Positions 1 to 8,893 of a stretch of 33,094 bases of DNA are shown piece after piece. Origin of the DNA: a virus (taxonomy: Duplodnaviria; Caudoviricetes); IMG/VR virus record IMGVR_UViG_3300022752_000237, positions 1-33,094 of that record; one strand, given 5' to 3'. Numbering within the stretch: the first letter of the stretch is position 1; every line of letters begins with the position of its first letter. The notes beneath the pieces are model-generated. The model made no database searches. It worked only from the letters and a program-made list of their open reading frames with translations, and was not told the origin of the DNA. The position numbers and the translations under genes were made by a program.

Positions 1-75
1 TAAAGCTTGAGTTGGTGATGTTACATCAACACTAATCGTGCTAGGCAAATTAACATCTACAGTAATATCTGCCAT
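1..75 (-). CDS. Partial CDS running off the left edge (MADITVDVNLPSTISVDVTSPTQAL...), probable virion/tail protein
   Basis: ATG at 75-73, 4 nt after the stop of 80..424. The frame stays open to position 1. Not in the ORF track. Confidence 0.7.
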   Translation of the reverse strand, partial: MADITVDVNLPSTISVDVTSPTQAL

Positions 76-79
76 AAAA

Positions 80-424
80 TTATCTCGTTACTTCTGGTAA
101 AATTGAAAACTTTCCTCGCATTAATTTAATACTATTTCCAGTTACTATTCCAGATGGATATCTTTCAATATCATAAATATGTTCGCTAACTGGAATATCT
201 TGTGATATATAAGAGTTAATATTAATTGCAATCGTACCAGATGTACTATTAGTAATAGTAGGATTTAAATCTAATAAAACTCCTGTAGCGCCATAATTTG
301 AGCGAACTTGACCTCTTACTTGGTATCCACTTAAACTTATAGGAGAACCATTGTTATCTTTTATATTTAAAGTTAATTGAATGTAGTCGCCTTGATATCC
401 TGTAATATTATAATAGGTTGCCAT
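80..424 (-). CDS. Small virion/baseplate-associated protein (BppU N-terminal-like beta-sandwich)
   Basis: The pattern 'YQGD...L.L..KD..G.P.SLSGY....QVR' plus the 'YDIE...KLMRGKF.I.PEVT' C-terminus is typical of this phage domain class. Confidence 0.55.
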   Translation of the reverse strand: MATYYNITGYQGDYIQLTLNIKDNNGSPISLSGYQVRGQVRSNYGATGVLLDLNPTITNSTSGTIAININSYISQDIPVSEHIYDIERYPSGIVTGNSIKLMRGKFSILPEVTR

Positions 425-432
425 GCCTAATA

Positions 433-438
433 TTACAC
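433..438 (-). promoter_or_regulatory. GTGTAA putative late-promoter hexamer
   Basis: GTGTAA-TATTAGGC-ATG: 8 nt to the start codon at 424. Confidence 0.65.
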
Positions 439-449
439 TTTAATTGATA

Positions 450-602
450 TTATTTTTTGTATAATTCTTTTGTTACGTCGTCTGCAGAACCCATAGTTGG
501 GGTTTCTGGGTATTTAGTAGGCAATTCTCTACTTTCATAGCTTTGTTCTGAACAACCATTTAAAATCAATAATAAAGGTAATATTAACACTAACTTTTTC
601 AT
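450..602 (-). CDS. 50-aa lipoprotein (MKKLVLILPLLLILNGCSEQSYESRELPTKYPETPTMGSADDVTKELYKK), missed by the ORF track
   Basis: Translated by hand. It has a basic N-terminus, hydrophobic core and lipobox LNG|C, fills the gap between endolysin and the next gene, and has GTGTAA 8 nt upstream. Confidence 0.8.
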   Translation of the reverse strand: MKKLVLILPLLLILNGCSEQSYESRELPTKYPETPTMGSADDVTKELYKK

Positions 603-610
603 AAAGACTA

Positions 611-616
611 TTACAC
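611..616 (-). promoter_or_regulatory. GTGTAA putative late-promoter hexamer formed by the endolysin's last codon and stop (GTG TAA)
   Basis: GTGTAA-TAGTCTTT-ATG: 8 nt to the start at 602. Confidence 0.6.
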
Positions 617-1237
617 TTTTAAGGAATCTTCTATTAATTTAGCTTCTGCATCTCGTCTTCTACTCATGCCCTTTTCAATACTTCCGCCAGCCCATATTCT
701 TTTCATGTTTCTTATTTGATTAGCTATAAAGGTTAATGCTTTTTGATCATAAGAGGATACTAATTTCATACCATCTCTTATTAATTTCATTTCGCGGCGA
801 CGATCACCTTCTAAAGCTGCTCCTCTATTAAATACAAGACTAACTAATCCACCTTTTGCATCTTCTGGAAGGTTATCAAAATTAGGAAAAGTTTTTTGTG
901 TTAAGTTATAGAATTTAGTTACTGTTTTATTGTTAAATACTTTAAGAGCAAGATCCCAAGGAATAGATATATCTTTTAATCCTCTTATAAGATCTTTTGC
1001 GGCGATGCCTTTTATTCCAACTACTTTATATAATCTGTCAAAGTCTTTTTGAGGTAATTCTTTCCAATCATTTGTGAATTCTGCTTTATTAACATATCCA
1101 AGATCATAACCAACACCAATTGTAACTCCGCTTTGCTCTCCTGGCCATGCTGGACTTTTTAAAAATTTATTATAATAGTTTTCGCCACCGCCAACTTCAA
1201 ATTCAAGGATAAGATCTAAGGATTTTTTGCTTAACAT
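611..1237 (-). CDS. Endolysin, lysozyme-fold muramidase (GH24/pesticin C-terminal-like)
   Basis: Catalytic-region pattern 'LILEFEVG...PAWPG..SGVTIGVGYDLG', 'LVSLVFNRG', and the C-terminal 'GM.RRR.AEA.L' typical of phage lysozymes. Confidence 0.85.
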   Translation of the reverse strand: MLSKKSLDLILEFEVGGGENYYNKFLKSPAWPGEQSGVTIGVGYDLGYVNKAEFTNDWKELPQKDFDRLYKVVGIKGIAAKDLIRGLKDISIPWDLALKVFNNKTVTKFYNLTQKTFPNFDNLPEDAKGGLVSLVFNRGAALEGDRRREMKLIRDGMKLVSSYDQKALTFIANQIRNMKRIWAGGSIEKGMSRRRDAEAKLIEDSLKV

Positions 1238-1246
1238 ATTTTAACA

Positions 1247-3943
1247 TTATAAAAAATAAATAAACGGCTCATAGAAATAAATTGATCCAGTTGAAATATT
1301 TGGATTATCATCTAAATTAGTAAGCCATTCAGCAAAAAACATTTCAAGAGAAACAGTATATGGGCGACCATTTCCAAAATCTGGTTCAGCACTAGAGCTA
1401 GAAAAAGTTGGAATATCTATTGTATCTTTTATTTTAATAAATTGATTTGTATTGCTGTCTATAATAGTTGAAGATCTTTTTCTTACTTTTACTCTGCTTA
1501 CGTTTGGTCCTAACCATTGAGACATTGCATTTGCTTCGTGGTCTGCATCAAAATATGTGTAAACATTTGATCCATAAAGTGATTCTAAAGTATCTACTGC
1601 TGATGCTGTAGATCTTCTTATCAAATGAACATTAACATAATTTCTATGCGAGATACCAATATATGGTAATCTAAAATTTAATTTTAAACCAGCAAAATTA
1701 TTATCTCTAAATAAGTCATCACTTTTTGCAAGATATTTTACTCCATATACTACTTTAGTTGCCCAAGATGGAATTATTACGCTTTGCTCAACTCCATATT
1801 TTGCCCAAGATTGATTGAAGTTTGGAGAGAAAGATGTTGTATTTGTTATTGTTTTAAGGTAGAAAAAATCCCCTCCATAATAGTCAAAACCACTTTTTCC
1901 AAAAAGAGAACCTGCGCCAAACATCTTTAATAATCTAGGTTGAATAGGATGTCCAATTGGCAATATATCATATGGACTATTTATTTCGTGAAAAGTTCTA
2001 TTAGCGAAAGTATGTCCATAAGATAATTCTTCGTAAAGTAGTGGGCTATTATGTTGATAATTAGTTAAAATCCCACAATTATTACTAAAACCATAACAAA
2101 GCCCGTCAAGACCAAAATTATTATCAAAAAATAAACTTCCATCAGATATTGGATACTGATTGTCTGCATCGAATTGTGAATTTAATATGTAATTTTGATT
2201 GGATATTATTCTTCCACTACCAAGAGCATCTTCTTCATTAAATATTGATAAAGTATATCCACCGCCAAGACTAGTCATAACAGAATTAATTTCATTAAGA
2301 TAATAACCAAGATTTGGACCATAGTTGGCTGAATAAAATGTAAATAATAAAATAAGTTTATTATCATAAACAAAACCTATTGGATCTCCAGAATCTCCGT
2401 CAATAACAGTTTCATAAAAACTTGCTCTTTGAGAATTTGCTGGAGTAAATAATCCTCCTGCATATTGTAAATTTCCACCTAAATCTATATTACCAATATT
2501 ATAAAAATCACCAACAAGAGCTTTTTCCTCTTGATCTGTATAAAGAACTGGTACTCTATTTGAATTCGTAGCAAAATCAGCTAATTTAAGACTTGAAACT
2601 TGACAAAAACTAACATTTGATGGAAGATCAGAATCTAATACTCCAATTTGAATATCTGTGCCAGTAACTCCTGCACGATTAGTCATAGTTCTTGTATAAG
2701 AATTATTATTCATATCAACGAAAATTACTGTTGCTCCAACATTTATAGAAGCATGAGATGCCATAACTATATGCCTTGGACTAATTAATGTTCCTGCCCA
2801 TGTATTATTTCCTGTGCTGTTCCAAGGAGAAAGTGGTGATAAATCTATATTTTTTGCCCAGCAAGTATTGCTTCTAACATAAACTGGATTTACTCCATTA
2901 TTTGGAGTTTGAGTGCTAAATATTAATTTAGTTGAATTATTAGCTGTTCGACCTGCTATAGCAGAATCTATTCGTGCTGATAAAATTTTTCTATAATTTG
3001 TAGGACTATTTTGTGTTTTAATTGAAATATTTTTTTCTTGAGATATAATATCATTTTTATTAAATAATGATAAAGTATATCCACCTCCTAAAGTGGTCAT
3101 AGCAGAATTAATTGCATTGATATGATAAGGAGCACTAGATCCAGCCCATGGAGCAGTAAATGTAAATAATAAAATAAGTTTATTATTATAAACGAAACAT
3201 ACTGGACATCCAGAATCTCCACCAATAGGAACTTCATAAAAATTTGCTCTTTGAATATTTTCTTGACTTGTTGAGAGATAATTAGGTGGTTCAATATAAT
3301 AATAATATTGAGGATCGGGAGGTTGTCCATATCCAAGAGCTATCAAAGCTTTTCGTTGTTGATCTGTATAAAATACTGGAATTTTATTCCAAGTCGGTGA
3401 TGGATTGTAAAAATCAAATTGTGCTAAAGTGGAAAAATCAAAACTTGCGACTTTGCAAAAACTAACATTTGATGGTAAATCTGAATCTAATACTCCAATT
3501 TGAATATCTGAACTACCTACTTGCAAAGAATTCGATAGGGTTCTTATATAGCAAGTATTATTCATATCAACAAAAATTAATTTTTTACCAATTTTTATTC
3601 TAAAATGGTTTGCGAATAGTATATGTCTAGGGCTAATTAATGTTCCAGTTCCTCCAAATCCTCCAGCATGTTCTGAAGTTTCAATTGGATATCCACCTCC
3701 ATTATTCCAAGGAGATATTGGCGAAGTATCTATGTTTTTTGCCCAACAAGTAGTGCTTCTTATAAACACTGGATTTACTGGATCAGTAGAGCTATCTCCA
3801 AGACAACAATTTCCATTTGGCTGCATTGTAGTAAATATATTTTTGGTTGAATCATTAGCTGTTAAACCTGCTATAGCAGAATCTATATCTACTGATAATT
3901 TTTTTGTATAAAAATTTGATGTTCTAGAGATAGTTAAAGGCAT
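1247..3943 (-). CDS. Protein with two tandem trypsin-like serine protease domains and an unknown C-terminal domain
   Basis: Two copies of GTLISPRH(I)..A(N/S)H (His), (S/T)DIQIGVLDSD (Asp) and GDSG (Ser), followed by about 320 unrelated C-terminal residues. Confidence 0.75.
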   Translation of the reverse strand: MPLTISRTSNFYTKKLSVDIDSAIAGLTANDSTKNIFTTMQPNGNCCLGDSSTDPVNPVFIRSTTCWAKNIDTSPISPWNNGGGYPIETSEHAGGFGGTGTLISPRHILFANHFRIKIGKKLIFVDMNNTCYIRTLSNSLQVGSSDIQIGVLDSDLPSNVSFCKVASFDFSTLAQFDFYNPSPTWNKIPVFYTDQQRKALIALGYGQPPDPQYYYYIEPPNYLSTSQENIQRANFYEVPIGGDSGCPVCFVYNNKLILLFTFTAPWAGSSAPYHINAINSAMTTLGGGYTLSLFNKNDIISQEKNISIKTQNSPTNYRKILSARIDSAIAGRTANNSTKLIFSTQTPNNGVNPVYVRSNTCWAKNIDLSPLSPWNSTGNNTWAGTLISPRHIVMASHASINVGATVIFVDMNNNSYTRTMTNRAGVTGTDIQIGVLDSDLPSNVSFCQVSSLKLADFATNSNRVPVLYTDQEEKALVGDFYNIGNIDLGGNLQYAGGLFTPANSQRASFYETVIDGDSGDPIGFVYDNKLILLFTFYSANYGPNLGYYLNEINSVMTSLGGGYTLSIFNEEDALGSGRIISNQNYILNSQFDADNQYPISDGSLFFDNNFGLDGLCYGFSNNCGILTNYQHNSPLLYEELSYGHTFANRTFHEINSPYDILPIGHPIQPRLLKMFGAGSLFGKSGFDYYGGDFFYLKTITNTTSFSPNFNQSWAKYGVEQSVIIPSWATKVVYGVKYLAKSDDLFRDNNFAGLKLNFRLPYIGISHRNYVNVHLIRRSTASAVDTLESLYGSNVYTYFDADHEANAMSQWLGPNVSRVKVRKRSSTIIDSNTNQFIKIKDTIDIPTFSSSSAEPDFGNGRPYTVSLEMFFAEWLTNLDDNPNISTGSIYFYEPFIYFL
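2240..3904. repeat. Intragenic tandem duplication of the protease domain (approximate bounds)
   Basis: Identical 28-mer gaatctaatactccaatttgaatatctg at 2631-2658 and 3483-3510. Identical 20-mer at 2604-2623 and 3456-3475. Both offsets are 852 bp. Confidence 0.85.
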
Positions 3944-3952
3944 ATTATAATA

Positions 3953-4369
3953 TTAATTATTAATTTTATCTATGGTCTTATCTAGTATATTATCTGCTGG
4001 AACTTTTTCTTTTAGCCAAGAGTTCATAACACCAAAATAAACAAGATGTTCGCTACTAATAAGAAATAATTCATTGCCAAAATTATCTTTGTAAGGAGTT
4101 ATCCCAGCGTCTTCAGTTAGATCAATTGCTTTTTCTTTTTTGAATTTAATTCTGTACATTTTAATTAGATTATTATATCGTTCACGCGCTTGACGAGTAA
4201 TAAGTGCATCATCACCAACGAAAGAAATTAATCCGCCATTATCTTTATCATATTGCTTTGGAGTAGTTGCATCATAAGATGATTTATCATCTTGTATTTT
4301 ATTAGGGGTGACCGTAGCACAACCAATAAAAAGAAAATTAAGAGCTAATATGCTTGCGAGCTTCTTCAA
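3953..4369 (-). CDS. Lipoprotein, o-spanin (Rz1-like) candidate
   Basis: TTG start with AAGGA upstream, signal peptide with lipobox FIG|C, and a 32-nt overlap with the 3' end of 4338..4538. Confidence 0.6.
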   Translation of the reverse strand: MKKLASILALNFLFIGCATVTPNKIQDDKSSYDATTPKQYDKDNGGLISFVGDDALITRQARERYNNLIKMYRIKFKKEKAIDLTEDAGITPYKDNFGNELFLISSEHLVYFGVMNSWLKEKVPADNILDKTIDKINN

Positions 4370-4538
4370 GATCTTTGTCCTTTACTGCTTTTTCAATTTC
4401 ACTTTGAAAATCAACTTCTTTTTGAGACTCTTGGCGATCTTTCATTTCTTTTGTGTTCTTTGCTCCGAACACATTATTGATCGCTGCGAATATTCCAGAT
4501 ACTGCTGATAGTAAAGCTTGGATTATTCCAGTTGGCAT
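4338..4538 (-). CDS. Small membrane-anchored protein, i-spanin (Rz-like) candidate
   Basis: Hydrophobic/amphipathic N-terminal helix followed by a charged helical tail. Overlaps the downstream lipoprotein gene. Confidence 0.5.
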   Translation of the reverse strand: MPTGIIQALLSAVSGIFAAINNVFGAKNTKEMKDRQESQKEVDFQSEIEKAVKDKDLEEARKHISS

Positions 4539-4541
4539 ATA

Positions 4542-4991
4542 TTACTCAACGTAACTTGCTGTGGCATCTTTACAACCAGATGATATAGCATTTAATACTT
4601 TAATAGCAAGAGCGCCGTTTCCATTTAGTCTAGCAAATTGTTGAGCATAAAGATCTTTGATTACAGTAACATAATTTGCCCAATGAGTTTTTTCACTTGG
4701 AAGATAATCGTTAAGAGCTTTTTGAAGTTGTTCTGGAGTTGGAGTATTTCCAACTGTTAGAGCTTCTACAATTGCTGCAACATTGTTTATCATTTTAGCT
4801 TTTTCAATTCTATCATTACCAGAAACTGCTTGATCAAGAACAACAGTACAAGCAAGCACAACTGCAGGTTTAACATAAGGAAGAGTATTTTCAACACTTG
4901 TTGCAACATCAACTTTTCCAGTATTGGTTGTGGCACAAGCTCCAAGAAATACGCTCAAAAGAGCAACTGCGGCTAATTGTAATTTATTCAT
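4542..4991 (-). CDS. Lipoprotein of unknown function
   Basis: MNKLQLAAVALLSVFLGA|C lipobox, GGAG SD, ATGA overlap with the upstream gene, and two further Cys. Confidence 0.7.
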   Translation of the reverse strand: MNKLQLAAVALLSVFLGACATTNTGKVDVATSVENTLPYVKPAVVLACTVVLDQAVSGNDRIEKAKMINNVAAIVEALTVGNTPTPEQLQKALNDYLPSEKTHWANYVTVIKDLYAQQFARLNGNGALAIKVLNAISSGCKDATASYVE

Positions 4992-5272
4992 ATATTTTCT
5001 CCATTTGTTCTATCTTTTGCTTCACTTGTTTGAGCTACTGTTCCACCAGTAACTGCTGCATCTTTTACTGTTAATGCAAAAATAATACCAGATACAACTG
5101 CTACTAATTTTGAAATTCCTGTGATATAAGCTTCTGCATTATCTGGAAGAAATGCTACCAATGAAGGATCAGAATGAATTGCTATTGCAGTAGAAACTGC
5201 TACAACTGTTGCAATACCAGATGAGCTAGATCTCCAATTGGGGCCAAATATTTTAGATAGCATAGTTTTCAT
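4988..5272 (-). CDS. Holin-like two-TM membrane protein
   Basis: 94 aa with two hydrophobic segments, an 'NWRSS..G' N-terminal motif and a charged C-terminus. First gene of the lysis-like cassette. Possible dual start (MKTM). Confidence 0.55.
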   Translation of the reverse strand: MKTMLSKIFGPNWRSSSSGIATVVAVSTAIAIHSDPSLVAFLPDNAEAYITGISKLVAVVSGIIFALTVKDAAVTGGTVAQTSEAKDRTNGENI

Positions 5273-5278
5273 AAGATA

Positions 5279-5316
5279 TTACACATTATTATAAAAGAAA
5301 AAATATTTAATATCTA
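5279..5316 (-). promoter_or_regulatory. GTGTAA hexamer (5279-5284), with a possible sigma70-like TAGATA-N17-TATAAT just upstream (5316-5288)
   Basis: GTGTAA-TATCTT-ATG (6 nt). The sigma70-like match is weak evidence in such AT-rich DNA. Confidence 0.55.
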
Positions 5317-5332
5317 ATATTTAATAAAGCAT

Positions 5333-8300
5333 TTATATGATAATATCATATCTTTCTTTGATAGCGTCATATTTAATGATTCCGCGCGTTAATCCATTAT
5401 TATGTATCCATGTAATATTATCCTCTGGGTTGGCAGTTAAATAATTATTGTATAAAATATAAGTTTCATAATTATTAGGGCTATATAATCTAGGATAAGT
5501 ATAATTTGATGGAAGGGTTGCTGAATAAGTTGTATTTCTAGTATTTTTAACATACATTTTATCTGCATCAAAGAAAACTAAACTAGCCGTAGAAGCACTT
5601 GATGTATTGTTAAAATTAATAGACGGAGTACTTGCTGATATAGCAACAGTATTATTCATAGGCACATATCTTGCTGCTACAGAAATCGAATTGGTTTGAT
5701 TGTTCCAAGAGCTATAAGGCGGTATAATTTCTCCAGAATTAAATCCAGCCATAAAAACATTTCTTCCTCTTGATCCAACTAATCTTGAATCAGTTTTAGT
5801 TGCTGCAGTTCCACAAATAAATAAATTATTTGGAGTAGTAGTTATTCCATACATTGTTGATGCAGATGTACTAATAGCCGTGACAGTTCCAGTAAATTGA
5901 AGTTGTTTTGCATTTATATCTATAATTCTAAGCAATGGCGCAGAAAGATTTAGTATATAAACATAATTTCCACTAATTGATGCGTCTAAAGTAGCTGGTA
6001 AACTCAAACCACTTTGATTTATTTGAAAAGAAGTATCTACCGCATCGTTTGTTTTGCTTATTCTACATAATCCTGAAGTTAGAGTTGTGGTTCCACTTTG
6101 AATTACTCCACTAAATCCTCCAGCAAAATATAGGTGGTTATCTTTTTCTAAAATTTTTGCTATCGAAACGTTACTTGTTGGATTTAATGAAAAATTTGAA
6201 TCAATTGATAAATCACTTTTGTTTAATTTAGCAAATCCAGTTTGAGGAACATTATTTATTCCAGTAAAACTTCCGCAAATGTAAATAGAATTATTATTAC
6301 CGTAAATATCATAAATAAGACTTCCGTTAAGGAAAACTTTATGTGGTAAAATTTCTCTTGTTTTTTTATTTATTTTATAAATATTTGATCCGCTTATTTT
6401 TTGAGTATTCCTAAGAGGAGCATATATTTTATCATTATTTATTGATATATTTTCTGTTAGCCAAAAATATTTATTAGCAAAATTGAGATCTGGAGTATAT
6501 GAACCACTACTAAACTTAAAAAGATGTCCAGAATTATCATTATATCCCCCTATTCCAGTATATTCTACAAAATTATTATAGTTCATAACAAAATAAAGAT
6601 TATTTCGACTATCATTATGTACGTCTTTAATATTAGTTTGACCTGTAGTTAAAAAATTATTAAATCCTGTGTCTATGGAATTTGTTAAAAGATTATATTT
6701 AACGAAATTATTAACTCTTATTCCGCTTGCGCCAGTTAATGCAGTATTTCCAATTATGAATAAATTATTATCTATAATTTTTAAATTACTAACCAACGAA
6801 CTTGAAGTACCTGTTAGATTTAAATTAAAAGACGAATCAATTACTCCATTTATATTTGTTTTAACTACTCCAGCTCTTGTTCCAGTAAATCCATTGGAAT
6901 AAACTTGAGAAAAACCTCCTCCAAAATATAAATCATTATTATATTTGACAATAGAATTAAAAATATTATTTCCACTTAAATAAAAAAGACTGTTATCATC
7001 TATAATATTTCCATTATCTAAATTATATATATTTACTCTGCTATTAAACACATTATTAGAATCTGATATTGGGATATAACCAGTGTTATTATTAAATAAT
7101 ATTGAATTAGTATTTTGGGCTCCGTGAAGTATTGAATAAGAATTGCTCATACCAGAAGCAACAAATTGTATTCCAGTTAATATATTAAAATTATTATCAA
7201 AAACATTTATTCTTGAGTTGTAATTTAAATTGTATCCTGTTCCAAAAGGAAAAGTCGAACTTCCAGCAATAATTATAGTATCATTATTAGGATTATAATT
7301 AATTGCTCTATGTCCTACAGTGCTTGATAATCCATAAGAAAATTTATCTATAGTATTTAAAAGTTTACCACTAACAGTATCTACTACTGCGTAACCATTT
7401 AATGTATAGTTATTTATTCCTGTAAAATTACCAACAATATGTAATTCATTTCCTTTTATTAACATATTTGTTACGCTGTAAAGTGATCCAGCGCTAGTAT
7501 TGAAATCGATTTGAAAATTTGCGTCTGGTTCTCCATTAGAAGCATTAGCTTTAAAAACACCAGTTCTTGTAACTAGTCCTCCATTATTATTAGACCAAAC
7601 ATATGGGACACTTGTTGATACATATAAATTATTTCCACTTATTTTCATATCAGTTGTTGTTGCATTAGCGAACTCAACATTAAAATTTGGATCAACAGAT
7701 CCATTATTTGCATTAAATTTTATAACACCTGCACCATAAATTCCACCAGGACTACTAAAATTTCCACCAGCATATAAACTATCTCCTGATAACAAAAGAT
7801 TATATACAGTATTAGTGCTCATAGCTTGATATCCCGTAAATTGAGTATTTAATGTTCCATCATTATTAAGTTTCAATAAACGAGATTTTGTAGTATCACC
7901 GCTGTAATTTAAAGATCCTCCAATAAAAACCCCACTACCAGAAGTAACAACTGCTCGCACAAGATCAGTTGAATTTATTGATTGTCTTAGATCAGTATTA
8001 AAACCACTTATTATATTTCCACTATAATCTATTTTTGCTAATCCAGTTCTAACATCTCCATTTACAGTTAGAAAATGTCCACCAATATATATGCCTTCAT
8101 TATCAAAATCAAAATCATAAACATTTGACGAAAGTGATCCTGCATTTCCAGCGTTAGTACTATTGCTTCTTTCTATATATGGATAAAAATTTTTATCTAT
8201 TTGTCCATTTTTATTTATTCTAAATATTTTAGAATAAATTCTTGTTCCTCGTGAATAGGCTGTATTTCCACATATATAAACATTTTCATCTTTAATTTTT

Positions 8301-8893
8301 ATTTTACTAAAAGTAGCAGTTAGAGTTTTTAGATTTGAAATATTTTTATTATTTTTTATTATAAAAATTCCAGCGTCACTTTTGTCATCTAAATTTGGAT
8401 AAATTTGATTTGTGAGTGAGCTAGAGGTACTACCAAAATAATACTTATTATCATAATATTTAATTGAAAAAGGAAAATAACTATTCCAACCTCCTAAACA
8501 AAAATTTGGATCTATTTTATATGTATTTTTATTGAATCGATAAAGATTACGATTTTGATCATTTGCGTTAGATTTATAGGTTAAACCTTGAGTATAAAAA
8601 TATACATAATCATTATCTATGTAAATTATATTTGCACCTAGTGATATAGTAGGTTTGATTTGAGATATTATATCTCCATTTGTATTTAATACTGCTATTG
8701 TTTGAATATTTTTAGATATATAAGTATATTGTAAACTTGGATAATAAATGTATTGATCATCTGTGGCTATACTATAAGCGTTAGTATTTGTTGGAGTTAT
8801 ACCATCTACATGAGAGTAATAAGTTGAATAAATACCACTATCTGGAAAATTGTTTAAAGATTCCGTATTATAAACAGAAAAATTCATAATCAA
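5333..8893 (-). CDS. Large beta-propeller repeat protein (DUF5122/delta-60-like), probable virion appendage or adhesin
   Basis: Many repeats of 'lYigG.F..vng..r.g.aK.n..g.iD.nF'. The true start is probably the ATG at 8887. Confidence 0.7.
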   Translation of the reverse strand: MIMNFSVYNTESLNNFPDSGIYSTYYSHVDGITPTNTNAYSIATDDQYIYYPSLQYTYISKNIQTIAVLNTNGDIISQIKPTISLGANIIYIDNDYVYFYTQGLTYKSNANDQNRNLYRFNKNTYKIDPNFCLGGWNSYFPFSIKYYDNKYYFGSTSSSLTNQIYPNLDDKSDAGIFIIKNNKNISNLKTLTATFSKIKIKDENVYICGNTAYSRGTRIYSKIFRINKNGQIDKNFYPYIERSNSTNAGNAGSLSSNVYDFDFDNEGIYIGGHFLTVNGDVRTGLAKIDYSGNIISGFNTDLRQSINSTDLVRAVVTSGSGVFIGGSLNYSGDTTKSRLLKLNNDGTLNTQFTGYQAMSTNTVYNLLLSGDSLYAGGNFSSPGGIYGAGVIKFNANNGSVDPNFNVEFANATTTDMKISGNNLYVSTSVPYVWSNNNGGLVTRTGVFKANASNGEPDANFQIDFNTSAGSLYSVTNMLIKGNELHIVGNFTGINNYTLNGYAVVDTVSGKLLNTIDKFSYGLSSTVGHRAINYNPNNDTIIIAGSSTFPFGTGYNLNYNSRINVFDNNFNILTGIQFVASGMSNSYSILHGAQNTNSILFNNNTGYIPISDSNNVFNSRVNIYNLDNGNIIDDNSLFYLSGNNIFNSIVKYNNDLYFGGGFSQVYSNGFTGTRAGVVKTNINGVIDSSFNLNLTGTSSSLVSNLKIIDNNLFIIGNTALTGASGIRVNNFVKYNLLTNSIDTGFNNFLTTGQTNIKDVHNDSRNNLYFVMNYNNFVEYTGIGGYNDNSGHLFKFSSGSYTPDLNFANKYFWLTENISINNDKIYAPLRNTQKISGSNIYKINKKTREILPHKVFLNGSLIYDIYGNNNSIYICGSFTGINNVPQTGFAKLNKSDLSIDSNFSLNPTSNVSIAKILEKDNHLYFAGGFSGVIQSGTTTLTSGLCRISKTNDAVDTSFQINQSGLSLPATLDASISGNYVYILNLSAPLLRIIDINAKQLQFTGTVTAISTSASTMYGITTTPNNLFICGTAATKTDSRLVGSRGRNVFMAGFNSGEIIPPYSSWNNQTNSISVAARYVPMNNTVAISASTPSINFNNTSSASTASLVFFDADKMYVKNTRNTTYSATLPSNYTYPRLYSPNNYETYILYNNYLTANPEDNITWIHNNGLTRGIIKYDAIKERYDIII

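Noticed and set aside
3097-3336. 79-aa alternative-frame ORF within the protease gene
   Set aside because: Same-strand off-frame ORF with I/L-rich composition typical of AT-rich shadow frames, and no RBS.
4308-4508. Antisense ORFs 4308..4508, 6669..6902, 12251..12448 and 15170..15472
   Set aside because: They lie opposite well-supported genes and have no recognisable motifs or initiation signals.
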